Below are positions 34,250 through 35,217 of a stretch of DNA of 35,217 nucleotides, in pieces. Within the stretch, counting starts at the first letter, position 1, and every line of letters begins with the position of its first letter. Source of the stretch: Atractiella rhizophila (Eukaryota); the NCBI GenBank assembly GCA_021432655.1, contig MU271300.1:47651-82867 (forward strand). The letters are read 5' to 3'. The notes under the pieces were generated by a model that saw nothing but the letters and a program-made list of their open reading frames with translations, was not told the DNA's origin and did not search any database. A program made the position numbers and the translations under genes.

Positions 34250-35217
34250 ATGGAAAGCGAGAAGATTGTCCTGCCTGGCCAGCCCTTGAGCCCTGATAAC
34301 GGCGCGAGTGGCCAATGTAAAGGTGGAAGTGGGACTTTCACGAGGGATGGACGAGTTTTCAGTAGTTTGTTCGGGAGAGCGAGAAAGGTTGGAGAGGTGA
34401 GTCGTTTGTCTGTTCTGTAATTGAGGGATGCGTTGTAATTTTTATGAGCTGTGCCGTCATTTGCTCAGAAATTATAGGCATTTGTGCTGTCTTTAAGGGA
34501 CATCATAATGGCTCAAGGTGACTGCCAGCTCACCAATCCATGTGTGCAATACATTCAACTTGGTGTTGCATTACAGTGCCTGTTACACTTTTGAAGTAAT
34601 CGCATCCAGACGCTGAACGAAGTAGACCATGACAAAGCACTCGATAGGCAACTATGCGTGATGGGACTTCCTGCGCGATCTTATCCATCGAAATGTGTTT
34701 CTCAGACTCTTAGTTTAGACTCCTTATCCTTCTACAAAGGTTTCAACGAAAATTTTTCCTCGTATGGGCACTCCCTTTGATCGTGCCCCCGCATCTCATG
34801 CTCCTCTTCCTGAACATGGCTCCAGCATACTTTTTGTCTACTGCTTGCCCTTAGAGCACGTACGATCAATGCATAACACTCCAGCTTGATCTGCTCGTTG
34901 CTGACGATGACTTCATTAGACGGTCACAGTAATGACTCCTCGCACTACACTCTCAGTATCAGCCATCCCGACACCAGGCAGTCTGATATCAGGACAAGTG
35001 ACTCGCCTCTCCCGCCGAGATGCAACATTGTTGATCCTAACAATTGATGGGATTCCTGTACCAATTGGCAGCGAGTTCATAGGAGTGATCAGGATCAACG
35101 ATGTAAGAGAGACGGAAAAAGACAAGATCAAGATTTGGAACTGTTTTCGAGGGGGAGATACGGTGAGGGCCAGGGTAGTAAGTCGTTGTTCTCGTGTGCT
35201 TTTGCGAGAAGAGATGT
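34250..35217 (+). CDS. CSL4: Exosome cap subunit Csl4/EXOSC1, 3'-truncated by window edge; intron 34397-34919, next intron starts ~35178
   Basis: IVLPGQPL..GSGTFTRDGRVFSSLFG; S1 domain PTPGSLISGQVTRL..EFIGVIRINDVRETEKDKIKIWNCFRGGDTVRARV. Confidence 0.92.

Overview
Gene-dense, intron-rich fungal genomic DNA, most likely a basidiomycete (short 45-75 nt GT-AG introns with CTRAC-type branch points; histone H4 ending in GFGA). Manual splicing gives 14 protein-coding genes: a PAP2 lipid phosphate phosphatase (5'-partial), transaldolase, RSA4/Notchless, DRE2/anamorsin, a giant ~1,890-aa fusion protein, an Artemis-like beta-CASP nuclease, an HNH-domain protein, an RBM5/10-like RRM-ZnF-G-patch protein, two SDR oxidoreductases, Rif1, RAD6/UBC2, DGK1, histone H4 and exosome CSL4 (3'-partial). 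The standout is the giant gene at 7665-13574. It joins a disordered N-terminus, a probable globular domain interrupted by Met/Gly tracts, a higher-order Tyr/Pro-rich repeat array (13 monomers of mostly 36-40 aa, period exactly 579 nt/193 aa, under clear purifying selection) bracketed by a diverged duplicated module, and a motif-complete 6-phosphogluconolactonase domain attached through a 58-nt intron whose donor holds an in-frame stop. Lesser points: an X-box-like palindrome upstream of the Artemis-like gene, a GC-AG intron, two unusually long (~520 nt) first introns, and several very tight head-to-head gene pairs. No tRNA, rRNA, CRISPR array or recognisable intact transposon was seen. All gene models are hand-made and unverified by transcript data.
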